Assembly: GCA_046483495.1 (NCBI GenBank)
Contig: JAWODC010000066.1
Span: 1 to 45,690 of the forward strand
Length of the DNA stretch: 45,690 bases
Source of the DNA: Desulfobacterales bacterium
GTDB lineage: Bacteria; Desulfobacterota; Desulfobacteria; Desulfobacterales; UBA5616
Reading direction: 5' to 3'
Shown here: positions 28,629-38,119 of the stretch, in pieces
Layout of the letters: each line of letters opens with the position of its first letter
Position numbering within the stretch: the stretch's first letter is position 1
Made by a program: the position numbers and the translations under genes
The notes under the pieces: generated by a model
The model's input: only the letters and a program-made list of their open reading frames with translations
Told to the model about the DNA's origin: nothing
Databases searched by the model: none

Positions 28629-29309
28629 ATGAAGATCATTGAAGATGCTTTGAAGAGAGGGGCAAAAACGCTGTCCGAGAATGAATCCAAACAATTGTTG
28701 GCTTCATACGACATTCCGATTACAAAAGAGAAAGTCGTCACCACTGAAGAGGACGCCGCAGCCGCGGCGGCTGATATCGGTTACCCGGTGGTCCTTAAGG
28801 GATCCGGTTCGGAAATCAGCCACAAAACCGAATTGAACCTGATAGCCCTGGATTTGAGAAAAGAAGACGAGGTGCGGGAAGCCTTCAGGAATCTGACGTC
28901 GAAACCCGATGCACTCGTAACGGAAATTCTGGTTCAGCAGATGATAAAAGGCGACCGGGAACTTGTCGTCGGATTGACGCGCGACGCCCAATTCGGCCCC
29001 TGCGTGATGTTCGGGATCGGAGGCATATTCACCGAAATATTGAAAGACACCTCGTTTCGGGTCGCGCCGCTCACCCGTTGGGATGCCATGGACATGATGG
29101 AAGATATCCGCGGAAAAAAGATTCTGGATGCTTTTCGGGGCAAACCCGCGGTTGACCGGGAAATCCTTGCGGATATTCTCATGGCGGTGGGGCAAATCGG
29201 TATGGAGCATGACCATGTCAAAGAGATCGACATCAACCCCCTGAAACTGGTCAACGGGAAACCCGTGGCTGTGGATGCCTTAGTCGTCATCGGTGACCGG
29301 GACGAATAA
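28629..29309 (+). CDS. ADP-forming acyl-CoA synthetase beta subunit (ATP-grasp)
   Basis: LSENESK, GYPVVLK, SHKTE, FGPCVMFGIGG, EIDINP and VDA motifs; start after AAGGAG. Confidence 0.9.
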   Translation: MKIIEDALKRGAKTLSENESKQLLASYDIPITKEKVVTTEEDAAAAAADIGYPVVLKGSGSEISHKTELNLIALDLRKEDEVREAFRNLTSKPDALVTEILVQQMIKGDRELVVGLTRDAQFGPCVMFGIGGIFTEILKDTSFRVAPLTRWDAMDMMEDIRGKKILDAFRGKPAVDREILADILMAVGQIGMEHDHVKEIDINPLKLVNGKPVAVDALVVIGDRDE

Positions 29310-29435
29310 TTTTTTTTCGGCGCGACAAGCCGGAAAAACCCTTTGCAAAAAGTGCTGTATCGGCCCTGGGATTTTCATGATAATCCGAGCATATATCTGA
29401 CCGGCTATGCTTTACCGACATGAATAGAGGTCGTC

Positions 29436-30119
29436 ATGGATGTCATTGATGCTATCAAAGAAAGAAAAAGTATACGATCGTTCCGGCCGGAATCCGTCCC
29501 CAAAGAAACGTTGCATCACATTCTCGAAGTCGCCTGCAGGGCCCCCTCCTCCGTAAATCAGCAGCCCTGGGAATTTGCCGTGATTGCCGGGGATGTGCTT
29601 GAAAAAGTCAGGCAATTGAATACCGACTTGCTGTTATCCGGGACCACTCCCCAACGGGACTACCCCACCCAGGACCGGCCGAAAGACAGCGTTTACAGAA
29701 AGCGGCAGGTGGACCTCGCCGCAACCATTTTCGAACGGATGAATATCCCCCGGGAGGACAAAGCCAAACGCATGGACTGGCTTCTCAGGGGGTTCGCATT
29801 TTTCGGTGCTCCGGCTGCTATTGTCATCTTTTCGGACAAATGTCTCGGCGATAGCGGTTCACTCCTCGATATCGGGGCCGTCATGCAAAATATCTGCCTC
29901 GCCGCCCTCGAGTTCGGACTCGGAACCTGTATCGAAAACCAGGGCATTCAATATTCAGACATGCTTCGTGAAGTAATCGGGATTCCGGACACCAAAAAAA
30001 TCGCCGTTTCCATTGCTGTTGGGTATCCGGATTGGGAATTTCCGGCAAACTCCCTGCTGACGCCTCGCGAACCGGTGGACAAACTGACTTTGTGGCGCGG
30101 ATTCGAACCGTCCGAGTAG
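29436..30119 (+). CDS. Nitroreductase family protein
   Basis: RKSIRSF, APSSVNQQPW, GLGTC and VGYP motifs. Confidence 0.92.
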   Translation: MDVIDAIKERKSIRSFRPESVPKETLHHILEVACRAPSSVNQQPWEFAVIAGDVLEKVRQLNTDLLLSGTTPQRDYPTQDRPKDSVYRKRQVDLAATIFERMNIPREDKAKRMDWLLRGFAFFGAPAAIVIFSDKCLGDSGSLLDIGAVMQNICLAALEFGLGTCIENQGIQYSDMLREVIGIPDTKKIAVSIAVGYPDWEFPANSLLTPREPVDKLTLWRGFEPSE

Positions 30120-30227
30120 CCCGATTCATTCTCGGCAGCGCAACGTTGGCTGTTTAAATATAAGTTTTGGATTTTCATATCGCTTTATGTGTAGTGTAAG
30201 AAATAATATATGCCATGGAATCAGCCC

Positions 30228-30271
30228 TTGACAAAATTTACCGATTTTTCGATAGTGAATAAATCGATTCA
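30228..30271 (+). promoter_or_regulatory. Sigma70 promoter with palindromic operator (MFS-ACAD operon)
   Basis: TTGACA-17 nt-GATAGT, overlapped by TGAAT-AAATCG-ATTCA. Confidence 0.55.
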
Positions 30272-30309
30272 GAGCTACCTGTGTTCACCCCCGGTGATAG
30301 AGGTTTCAA

Positions 30310-31572
30310 TTGAAACATAAAATATTTTACGGTTGGTGGGTGGTGCTGTCCCTCATACCCGCGACACTGGTTCATGCGGGGGCGCTGTTTTATATATTCG
30401 GCATCTTTTATGAACCTTTGATGAGGGAATTCGGATGGTCGCGCGCTACGGTGGCCGGCGCTTTAACCATTTACCTGCTGTCCCTTGGATTCAGCGGACC
30501 TTTCATCGGGAGGTTGGCCGACCGCTTCGGCCCCAAAAATATCATTGGATACGGAGCATTTTTCGGCGGCATTTTCTTTATACTTCTCAGCCGAATCGAT
30601 TCCCTTTGGCAATTTTACGGACTTTATTTTCTTCATGGCATCGCTTTTGCCGGATGCGGCAACGTACCCGTGAACACAGCTTTGACCAACTGGTTCATCA
30701 AGAAAAGAGGCCGGGCCATCGGGTTTGCCATGGCGGGTGTATCGTTGGGCGCCATCACCATAACACCGCTCGGCGGGTTTATACTGCAGCAGATCGGATG
30801 GCGGAATACGTATATATTCCTGGCGCTTCTCTCCTGGATCGTCGTGCTGCCGCCGCTCATATGGTTAATGAAGAACAAGCCTTCCCAAATGGGACTGTCT
30901 CCGGACGGAAATGCCGCAGTCGAACCTGAACCGAGCGCATCGCATTCATCTGCACCGGCTGTCGAAACGATGGGGCCGGTAAAACCCTGGAAGTTGAGTA
31001 CGGTCACACGCACCCTCCCCTTTTGGCTGATCTGTCTGGCCTATTTTTTCATCTATTTTCCCATAGGTGCGATTCTCGGCCACCAAATCGTCTATATCAC
31101 GGATATGGGATTCACGATGGCCTCGGCCGCCGCGGCTTTGGGTGTTACCGGCGGCATGGGCGGGGTCGGCAAAATCGTATTCGGACTTTTGTCCGACCGC
31201 TTTTCTCCCAAACGGGTTACCATCCTGTGCGCCGTTTTTCAGGGAATCGGGATTATGTTTCTTCTACATGCAGAAACGATGGCGGCGATATGGGTGTACG
31301 CCATATTTTTCGGCTTTTGCATGGGCGGTCATCTCGCGCTGCAGCCCCTGATCGTCGCCTATTTTTTCGGGGTGCAGTCGTTCGGCATGCTTTACGGCAT
31401 CATTGTATTGGCAGGAACGATCGGAACGTCAACCGGCCCTGTCATCGCCGGATCGGCCTTTGATATTTTCGGAACGTATTACGGCGTTTTTGCCGGCTGT
31501 ATTCTATTGTCGTGGATGGCGGCGGTCGCTGTCGGCATTTCAAAGCGTGCGGTCGACAGTGAAAAGGTATAA
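30310..31572 (+). CDS. MFS transporter (monocarboxylate/OFA-like)
   Basis: YGWWVV, motif A GRLADRFG, WF..KRGRAIG, GLLSDRF; about 12 TM segments; TTG start. Confidence 0.9.
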   Translation: MKHKIFYGWWVVLSLIPATLVHAGALFYIFGIFYEPLMREFGWSRATVAGALTIYLLSLGFSGPFIGRLADRFGPKNIIGYGAFFGGIFFILLSRIDSLWQFYGLYFLHGIAFAGCGNVPVNTALTNWFIKKRGRAIGFAMAGVSLGAITITPLGGFILQQIGWRNTYIFLALLSWIVVLPPLIWLMKNKPSQMGLSPDGNAAVEPEPSASHSSAPAVETMGPVKPWKLSTVTRTLPFWLICLAYFFIYFPIGAILGHQIVYITDMGFTMASAAAALGVTGGMGGVGKIVFGLLSDRFSPKRVTILCAVFQGIGIMFLLHAETMAAIWVYAIFFGFCMGGHLALQPLIVAYFFGVQSFGMLYGIIVLAGTIGTSTGPVIAGSAFDIFGTYYGVFAGCILLSWMAAVAVGISKRAVDSEKV

Positions 31573-31667
31573 AGGTATAAAAAGGTTTGCACGACCCAGG
31601 TTCTGGACCGATTTTACGCATACACCCGGCTATCGGCTTGATGATCATTTAAAACAAGGAGGGTAAT

Positions 31668-32867
31668 ATGGATTTTAAGTTTACCAAAGAGCAGGATCAA
31701 TTAAGAGAGGAGTTCGATACGTTTTTCAGGGAAGAGATGAAAAACGCTCCCCCCGAATGGGCTGAAGGGGGATTGGAGGCCATGTTTCACTCGAACGAAG
31801 GCTTTGCCTTTCACCAGTACATGCAGAAAAAGCTTGGAGAGAAAGGCTGGATTTCCAGAGCATGGCCGAAAGAATACGGTGGACAGGATGCCCCGCTGAT
31901 CGAGCAAATGATTTTCAATGAAGTGCATGCCTATCACCGCGCGCCGGGCGTCGACAATTTCGGCGTCGGCATGTTCGCACCGACGATAATGGTCGGCGGA
32001 ACAGAAGAACAGAAAAAAAAGCTCCTCCCGCCGATTGCCAGGGGGGAAGTCCAGTATTGTCAGGGATGGAGTGAACCGGATGCGGGATCGGACCTTGCCA
32101 ATCTTTCCACCACCGCAATAAAAGATGGGGATTACTATGTTGTAAACGGTCAGAAAACCTGGACCACCGGTGCCCATCGAGCGGACCACATGTTTCTTCT
32201 TGCCAGAACAGACCCCGATTCAACACGAAGCCGCGGCTTATCGATTTTCAACGTAAAGATGGACTTGCCCGGTATCGAAGTCCGCCCGATTTTATACATG
32301 GACAAGGGCCATATCACCAATGACGTTTACTTCAAAGACGTGAGAATTCCTGCTTCCGAGCTCGTGGGAAAAGAGAACGAGGGTTGGGCGCTCACCCGTG
32401 AAACCATGAATTTCGAACGTTCCGGCGTTTCCGGATTCGTCGGCGGCAAACGGTCTCTGATGGAATTGATCGAATACGCCAAAACACACACGAGAAATGG
32501 AAAGCCCCTCTCAGAAAATCCCATCAACCGGCAAAAGGTCGCCAAACTGTTCATCGGCCATGAAGTCGGACATACGCTCTCTTATCGGATCAATTGGGAA
32601 CAGCAAAAAGGAGGACTCGTTTTTGCCGCTTCGGCCGCCTCCGAGAGCAAAGTCTTTGGAACCGAACTGAGCCAGCAGCTGGCAAACGTCACGACCGAAA
32701 TACTGGGCCCGTACGGCCAATTGGCCGCCTCCAAGTGGGCCCCGCTGGATGGCAAAGCCCCCTCCCAATATCAGTTCTGCGTGGCCAGCAACATTTTTGC
32801 AGGCAGCAGCGAGATTCAACGAAACCTCATCGCCTGGGTCGGGCTCGGTCTGCCGAGGTTCAAATAA
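31668..32867 (+). CDS. Acyl-CoA dehydrogenase, alpha (catalytic) subunit of a heteromeric pair
   Basis: WPKEYGG, CQGWSEPDAGSDLA, NGQKTWT, NFER and GSSEIQRN motifs. Confidence 0.92.
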   Translation: MDFKFTKEQDQLREEFDTFFREEMKNAPPEWAEGGLEAMFHSNEGFAFHQYMQKKLGEKGWISRAWPKEYGGQDAPLIEQMIFNEVHAYHRAPGVDNFGVGMFAPTIMVGGTEEQKKKLLPPIARGEVQYCQGWSEPDAGSDLANLSTTAIKDGDYYVVNGQKTWTTGAHRADHMFLLARTDPDSTRSRGLSIFNVKMDLPGIEVRPILYMDKGHITNDVYFKDVRIPASELVGKENEGWALTRETMNFERSGVSGFVGGKRSLMELIEYAKTHTRNGKPLSENPINRQKVAKLFIGHEVGHTLSYRINWEQQKGGLVFAASAASESKVFGTELSQQLANVTTEILGPYGQLAASKWAPLDGKAPSQYQFCVASNIFAGSSEIQRNLIAWVGLGLPRFK

Positions 32868-32927
32868 CCGTCCATACGGATGTTATACAGAGATTATACC
32901 GACGTCGTTTAACAAGGAGGAAAAAAC

Positions 32928-34046
32928 ATGAATCTGGATTTTACATCGGAACAAAATATGCTGCGAAAATCCGTTGCGGAGTTCTTGACAAAAGAATGCC
33001 CGCCCGAAACGGTCAAGGAAATAGAAGACAGCGAAGAAGGATTCGATAAAAAACATTGGAAAAAGATGGCCGAGCTGGGATGGATGGAGGTTTTCTACCC
33101 CGAAGCTTACGGTGGATATGGGGATCCTTTCATGGATGTCATGATTATCATGGAAGAGATGGGAAAAACCACATTTCCCAGCCCCTTTTTCTCGACGGTC
33201 ATCCAGTGCGGACTGGTGATTCTCGAAGGCGGATCGGAAGATCAGAAAAAGGCGCTGCTTTCGAAAATAGCCTCCGGAAAGCTCATCATGGCACTGGCTC
33301 AATACGAAGAAGAGGTAAATTACCAGGAATCAGGCATTACAATGCCGGCTGAAGCGGCCGGTGACCAGTATGTATTGAACGGAACCAAAATGTTTGTCAT
33401 GGACGCAAACATAGCGGATAAACTGATCGTGGCGGCCAGGATAAAAGATGCCGGCACCACGCTGTTTCTGGTGGATGCAAAGGCGCCGGGCATCACCACC
33501 TCTAAAATGCCGTCCATAGGCATGGACAACTGCTGCGAAGTCGTTTTTAAGGATGTGAAAGTCGGCAAAAGCGATAGGGTCGGCGATCCCGGCAAAGGAT
33601 GGGAAATCCTCGAAAGAATGTTTTCCAAAGCCACGATTGCCAAATGTGCTGAAATGGTGGGAGGTTGCCGGGCCGTCATCGATATGACGGCGGAATATGC
33701 AAAGCAGCGGGTTCAATACGGAAAACCGATCGGCGGCTTTCAGGCCATTCAACACTATATGGCGAACATGCTGCTGGGATACGATACCGCCAGCAATTAC
33801 CTTTACAAAGTGTGCTGGATGGCGGAAGAAGGAATGGATGTCACAAAAGAAGTCCACGCCCTGAAGGCGCATGTCAATGAGCAGTATAAATTTATCTCCG
33901 AGCGTGGTGTACAAATCCACGGGGGTGTTGGGACGACACGCGAGTTCAACGTTGGGCTTTACTACCGCCGGGCAAAGGCATCCGAGTATATCCTCGGCGA
34001 TTCGGAATACCACTGGGAAAAACTGGCCGTCTCATTGGGCATGTAA
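32928..34046 (+). CDS. Acyl-CoA dehydrogenase, beta subunit
   Basis: LNGTKMFV, RVQYGKPIGGFQAIQH and QIHGGVG motifs; lacks SEPxAGSD. Confidence 0.9.
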   Translation: MNLDFTSEQNMLRKSVAEFLTKECPPETVKEIEDSEEGFDKKHWKKMAELGWMEVFYPEAYGGYGDPFMDVMIIMEEMGKTTFPSPFFSTVIQCGLVILEGGSEDQKKALLSKIASGKLIMALAQYEEEVNYQESGITMPAEAAGDQYVLNGTKMFVMDANIADKLIVAARIKDAGTTLFLVDAKAPGITTSKMPSIGMDNCCEVVFKDVKVGKSDRVGDPGKGWEILERMFSKATIAKCAEMVGGCRAVIDMTAEYAKQRVQYGKPIGGFQAIQHYMANMLLGYDTASNYLYKVCWMAEEGMDVTKEVHALKAHVNEQYKFISERGVQIHGGVGTTREFNVGLYYRRAKASEYILGDSEYHWEKLAVSLGM

Positions 34047-34104
34047 ATACGCTTAATGGAAGATAGGTCCGGAAGATATTAAGAGAAATTTATAAAACAC
34101 ACGT

Positions 34105-34154
34105 GCACGAAGGGCACGAATGGATGCATCAGCATTCGTTTGTGTTCTTCGTGC
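34105..34154. repeat. Long intergenic stem-loop between convergent genes
   Basis: GCACGAAGGGCAC-GAATG...CATTCG..GTGTTCTTCGTGC. Confidence 0.6.
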
Positions 34155-34203
34155 CGTCTGTCACCGGTAACGTTCTAAAGCAGAATGCGATGGTCAGCCG
34201 GCA

Positions 34204-34884
34204 TCATTGCCGGAGTGACGCCTGGTATTCGGCAACCCTGTTTCTAACGAACTTTGCCCACGCTTGAATACCGTCACCGGTCCGGCTTGAAACCTCGAAG
34301 ATCGGGACTCCCTTGTTCAGAGCCTGAACACTGGATTTCATTGCCGCCATATCGAAATCCGTCAATTCCAAGAAATCCATCTTATTCACGACAACCACAT
34401 CCACAGCGGCAAACATGGTCGGGTACTTCAGCGGCTTGTCATGTCCCTCGGGAATGCTCAGGATCATGGCGTCCATGTTGGCGCCCGTGTCGACCTCCGC
34501 CGGGCAGACCAGGTTTCCGACGTTTTCAATAATGATAAGGTCAAATTTATCCAGATCCAGGGCCTCCAATCCCTTGGCCACCATGCTTGCGTCTACATGG
34601 CAGAACCCTCCGGTTCTCAATTGAATCGCGGCAATGCCCTGGGCGGCCACCTTTTCTGAATCCACTTTGGAATCGATGTCTGCTTCGATAACGGCGATGG
34701 ACAATTCATCACGGAGGGCTTCGATGGTTTTTAGAATAAGACAGGTTTTTCCCGCCCCGGGCGATGCCATGAGGTTGACCATAAAGGCGTTGTGTTCGGC
34801 CAGCCGTTTTCGCACATTGTCCCCCACCTTTTTATTGTCGGCCAGAATATCTTCTTTAACCTCGATCAGTCGTATCTCGTCCAT
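34204..34884 (-). CDS. hypB: Nickel-insertion GTPase HypB
   Basis: SPGAGKT, GFCH, ENVGNLVCPA, DKPLKYP and NKMD motifs. Confidence 0.95.
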   Translation of the reverse strand: MDEIRLIEVKEDILADNKKVGDNVRKRLAEHNAFMVNLMASPGAGKTCLILKTIEALRDELSIAVIEADIDSKVDSEKVAAQGIAAIQLRTGGFCHVDASMVAKGLEALDLDKFDLIIIENVGNLVCPAEVDTGANMDAMILSIPEGHDKPLKYPTMFAAVDVVVVNKMDFLELTDFDMAAMKSSVQALNKGVPIFEVSSRTGDGIQAWAKFVRNRVAEYQASLRQ

Positions 34885-35234
34885 TAGATCACCTCCATGC
34901 TTTTCACGAAATATCCCCTGCCGGAGACCAGTTTGCAGTTTTTTCCTTTACAGGCCGGGCATACGATTTCATTTTCACTCTTGAGATCCACGTGAAACGA
35001 TTCGGGACATTCCTCGCACTGCATGATGACCGGTGTCCTTTCAATTACCAAACGGGCCCCGGCGGCAATGGAATCTTTGCTGAGATAGTCGAAATACCGC
35101 TGCATCCATTCATCTTCGAGGTCGCTCAGTTCCCCCACTTGCAAATGGATGGCCGTTATCTTTTGGACTTGGTTTTTCTTGGCGTGCGTCAAGGCGACGT
35201 TTAGTATGCTTTCTGTAACGGGAAGTTCATGCAT
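34884..35234 (-). CDS. hypA: Nickel metallochaperone HypA
   Basis: N-terminal MHE, two CxxC motifs (CEEC, CPAC), SGRGY. Confidence 0.95.
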   Translation of the reverse strand: MHELPVTESILNVALTHAKKNQVQKITAIHLQVGELSDLEDEWMQRYFDYLSKDSIAAGARLVIERTPVIMQCEECPESFHVDLKSENEIVCPACKGKNCKLVSGRGYFVKSMEVI

Positions 35235-35588
35235 GATAAGTCCCTTCTGATCGTATAAGGGTTACAAAAACCGGAAACCCGTTAATGTCCCGGCGAGTTC
35301 ATCGCCGCCTGTATCAACGGACCATCGTTGTGTATATTGAATGGGTATCACAAAACATTTTCACCTGCAACGGGATATCCGGAAATTATGTCATGACGGT
35401 TTCAATCGGGCCGGTTTCTTTCTCATATCACACCAGGCCCGATTGGAGTTGACAGAAAGGGAAAATCCAATTAGATGTTGTGAATATGCCGATCGTTCTG
35501 ATCATCAGCAAAGCTATAGAAAACAAACAGCCTTTCACTCGAAACCTTTGTGCCGGAACAGCCGGCCCTGTGCTGAATCGAATGATCT

Positions 35589-35607
35589 CATTTCCGGATG
35601 GACACTA
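35589..35607 (+). repeat. Orphan right terminal repeat of the palindromic element
   Basis: CATTTCCGGATGGACACTA matches the family end; no intact core is recognisable upstream. Confidence 0.65.
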
Positions 35608-35629
35608 ACCTGTAACGCGGAGGTTCACC

Positions 35630-37159
35630 ATGCTTCATTCAAGGGTACATGCACAGAAAACGCCCGACAAACCGGCCTACATCATTGCCGGATCACAGGA
35701 AACGGTTACCTATGGGCAATTGGAGGAACGTGCAAATCAATGCTCTCACTTTTTCAGAAGCCTTGGTCTTGAAGAAAAGGACAATATCTGCATTCTCATG
35801 GAAAACAATGCCCATTATCTGGCGGTCGTAACGGCAGCCCAGGTGGCCGGCCTTTACTATTCCGCCATCAGCAAGTATCTGAAGAGCTCTGAAATCGAGT
35901 ACATCATCAACGACTCGGGATCGAAACTCGTTGTGACCTCCGAAGTCATGAAAGACGTAGCCGCCGGTCTTGTCCGACACTGCCCGAATGTCGAGCACTG
36001 GGTAATGGTCGGAGAACCTCTCGACGGATTTCTCTCTTATGAAAAGGGGATATCCCGGTTTCCGAAAACACCTATACCTGAAGGCATCGAAGGCCGCGAC
36101 ATGCTGTATTCTTCCGGAACAACCGGCCGTCCAAAAGGGGTGGTCAGCACGACGGAAGATATGCCCTTCGGACAAATTCATCCCTCGGCCCAGGTTATCC
36201 TTTCGCTTTACAACATCGATGAAAATACAGTGTATCTTTCACCGGCTCCTCTGTACCATGCGGCGCCGCTCAGGTTTTGCATGCTGACGCTGCGTGTCGG
36301 AGGCACCGTAATCATCATGGAAAAATACGATTCTCTCGAAGCGCTGCGCCTGATCGAGAAGTACGGTGTTACACACAGCCAGTGGGTTCCGACGATGTTC
36401 ATTCGAATGCTGAAGCTGCCGGAGGAAGATCGGCTCCGATTCGACCTTTCCAGTCATAAAGTCGCCATACACGCCGCCGCCCCCTGCCCTGTCGAAGTTA
36501 AAGAAAAAATGATCGAATGGTGGGGGCCCATTCTTTATGAATATTACGGCGGTACCGAGGGCAACACCTTTATCGCGATCACTTCCGAAGAATGGCTGAG
36601 CCACAAGGGCTCTGTCGGGAAATGCTATGTAGGCAAGCTTCACGTTTTAGATGAGAATGAAAATGAGCTGCCCCTCGGTGAACCCGGTACGGTATTCGTG
36701 GAAGACGGCAATACCTTCGAATACCATAACGATCCTGATAAAACATCGGAATCCAGGTCTCATCAGGGATGGAACACGATGGGCGACGTCGGGTACCTGG
36801 ATGAAGAAGGATATCTGTATCTCACGGATCGTAAGGCGAACATGATCATTTCCGGGGGCGTCAATATTTATCCGCAGGAAACGGAAAATGTCTTGACCAT
36901 GCACCCTAAAGTCATGGACGTAGCGGTTTTCGGAATTCCCAACGAAGACTTTGGGGAAGAGGTCAAGGCGGTGGTTCAACCGGTTGATCCGGCGGAAGCG
37001 GGTCCGGAGCTTGCGGAAGAATTAATGGACTATTGCCGGGAGCACCTGTCGCACATCAAATGCCCGAAAAGCATCGATTTCAGACCCGACTTGCCCCGGA
37101 CACCTACCGGAAAGCTGCTCAAACGCCTTCTGAAAGATGAATACGTTTCTCAGAGTTGA
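35630..37159 (+). CDS. AMP-forming acyl-CoA synthetase
   Basis: YSSGTTGRPKG, YYGGTE, GDVGYLD, DRK..MIISGGVNIYP and LPRTPTGK motifs. Confidence 0.95.
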   Translation: MLHSRVHAQKTPDKPAYIIAGSQETVTYGQLEERANQCSHFFRSLGLEEKDNICILMENNAHYLAVVTAAQVAGLYYSAISKYLKSSEIEYIINDSGSKLVVTSEVMKDVAAGLVRHCPNVEHWVMVGEPLDGFLSYEKGISRFPKTPIPEGIEGRDMLYSSGTTGRPKGVVSTTEDMPFGQIHPSAQVILSLYNIDENTVYLSPAPLYHAAPLRFCMLTLRVGGTVIIMEKYDSLEALRLIEKYGVTHSQWVPTMFIRMLKLPEEDRLRFDLSSHKVAIHAAAPCPVEVKEKMIEWWGPILYEYYGGTEGNTFIAITSEEWLSHKGSVGKCYVGKLHVLDENENELPLGEPGTVFVEDGNTFEYHNDPDKTSESRSHQGWNTMGDVGYLDEEGYLYLTDRKANMIISGGVNIYPQETENVLTMHPKVMDVAVFGIPNEDFGEEVKAVVQPVDPAEAGPELAEELMDYCREHLSHIKCPKSIDFRPDLPRTPTGKLLKRLLKDEYVSQS

Positions 37160-37193
37160 ACAGAAATCAACGCTGCAGCAATGTTTAAGGCGT

Positions 37194-37231
37194 CCCCTCC
37201 CCACCGGAACTCGTGCGGGAGGGGGTTTTTT
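37194..37231 (+). terminator. Intrinsic terminator
   Basis: CCCCTCCC...GGGAGGGG followed by a T-run, between convergent genes. Confidence 0.75.
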
Positions 37232-37234
37232 CTT

Positions 37235-38119
37235 TCATACCGACATATAGCGGTTTTCGTGATAACGAACCAGTCCTTTATCGATATTCCGCTCCAGGTG
37301 CTTGGTCATGATCGCCCACTCACCGAAGGTAAAAAACGATTCGGTAGTGCCGGGCCTGTTGTACACAATGCCGGCATCGATAATTTCGTTCAGCGTTTTC
37401 GGGGTTTCCAGAAGCTTCATCAAACGATCGTCACGGTAGTGAATGACGCCGAGATAATCCGTCCACAGCTTTCCCGGGTTTTCTAAAAAAACGCCGGTCT
37501 CATGGCAGGAGAGCCACACATCGGCGGAAATTTGCCTCAGCGCGTCAACCGATGCCAATACATCATCGATATCGGAATCCCGGTCACCATACCAGGGACC
37601 GAACCGGGTCAGGTCATAATCCCCTAAAAAGAGCACTTTCGGTTCCCTGAAAAAAAATGCCGTATGGCCGGGTGTATGGCCGGGCGCGGCGATAACATCC
37701 ACGGTCATGTTCTTGAAAGCCAGTGTTTCTCCGCCGGTTAAAAAGCGGTCCGCCTTTCTGGGTTTAAAGTGGAATTGTTGAACCAATACGTCACGAAACC
37801 CGTCGCGAAATTCACCCTCCTTCATACCGTACCAGTCCAGAAATATTTCCGAATCGGACAGGGGGTCGGCATCGGCCTCTGAAATCCACAGGGGAACATC
37901 CTCGAAGAGATCCAGATCTGAAATATGGTCTTCGTGCCAGTGGGACAGCCAGACCATATCGACGCCCGACTCCTCCTTCAGCCGGATGAGCCGCTCGCGG
38001 TCGGAAGCCGGGTCGATCAGAATTTTGGGGCCTTCGATGTACACCGAGTGGCAATACGGATACTTTCCGTTCTTTTTGCCGGGAATGAACCGCACGGGTC
38101 CGAATAATCGTTCGTGCAT
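37235..38119 (-). CDS. MBL-fold metallo-hydrolase
   Basis: SHWHEDH, PGHTPGH, GD and SCH motifs; abuts the CoA-transferase stop codon. Confidence 0.88.
   Translation of the reverse strand: MHERLFGPVRFIPGKKNGKYPYCHSVYIEGPKILIDPASDRERLIRLKEESGVDMVWLSHWHEDHISDLDLFEDVPLWISEADADPLSDSEIFLDWYGMKEGEFRDGFRDVLVQQFHFKPRKADRFLTGGETLAFKNMTVDVIAAPGHTPGHTAFFFREPKVLFLGDYDLTRFGPWYGDRDSDIDDVLASVDALRQISADVWLSCHETGVFLENPGKLWTDYLGVIHYRDDRLMKLLETPKTLNEIIDAGIVYNRPGTTESFFTFGEWAIMTKHLERNIDKGLVRYHENRYMSV

Noticed and set aside
35235..35400. NikR box or nickel riboswitch upstream of hypA
   Set aside because: No properly spaced inverted repeat or NiCo-like fold was recognisable.
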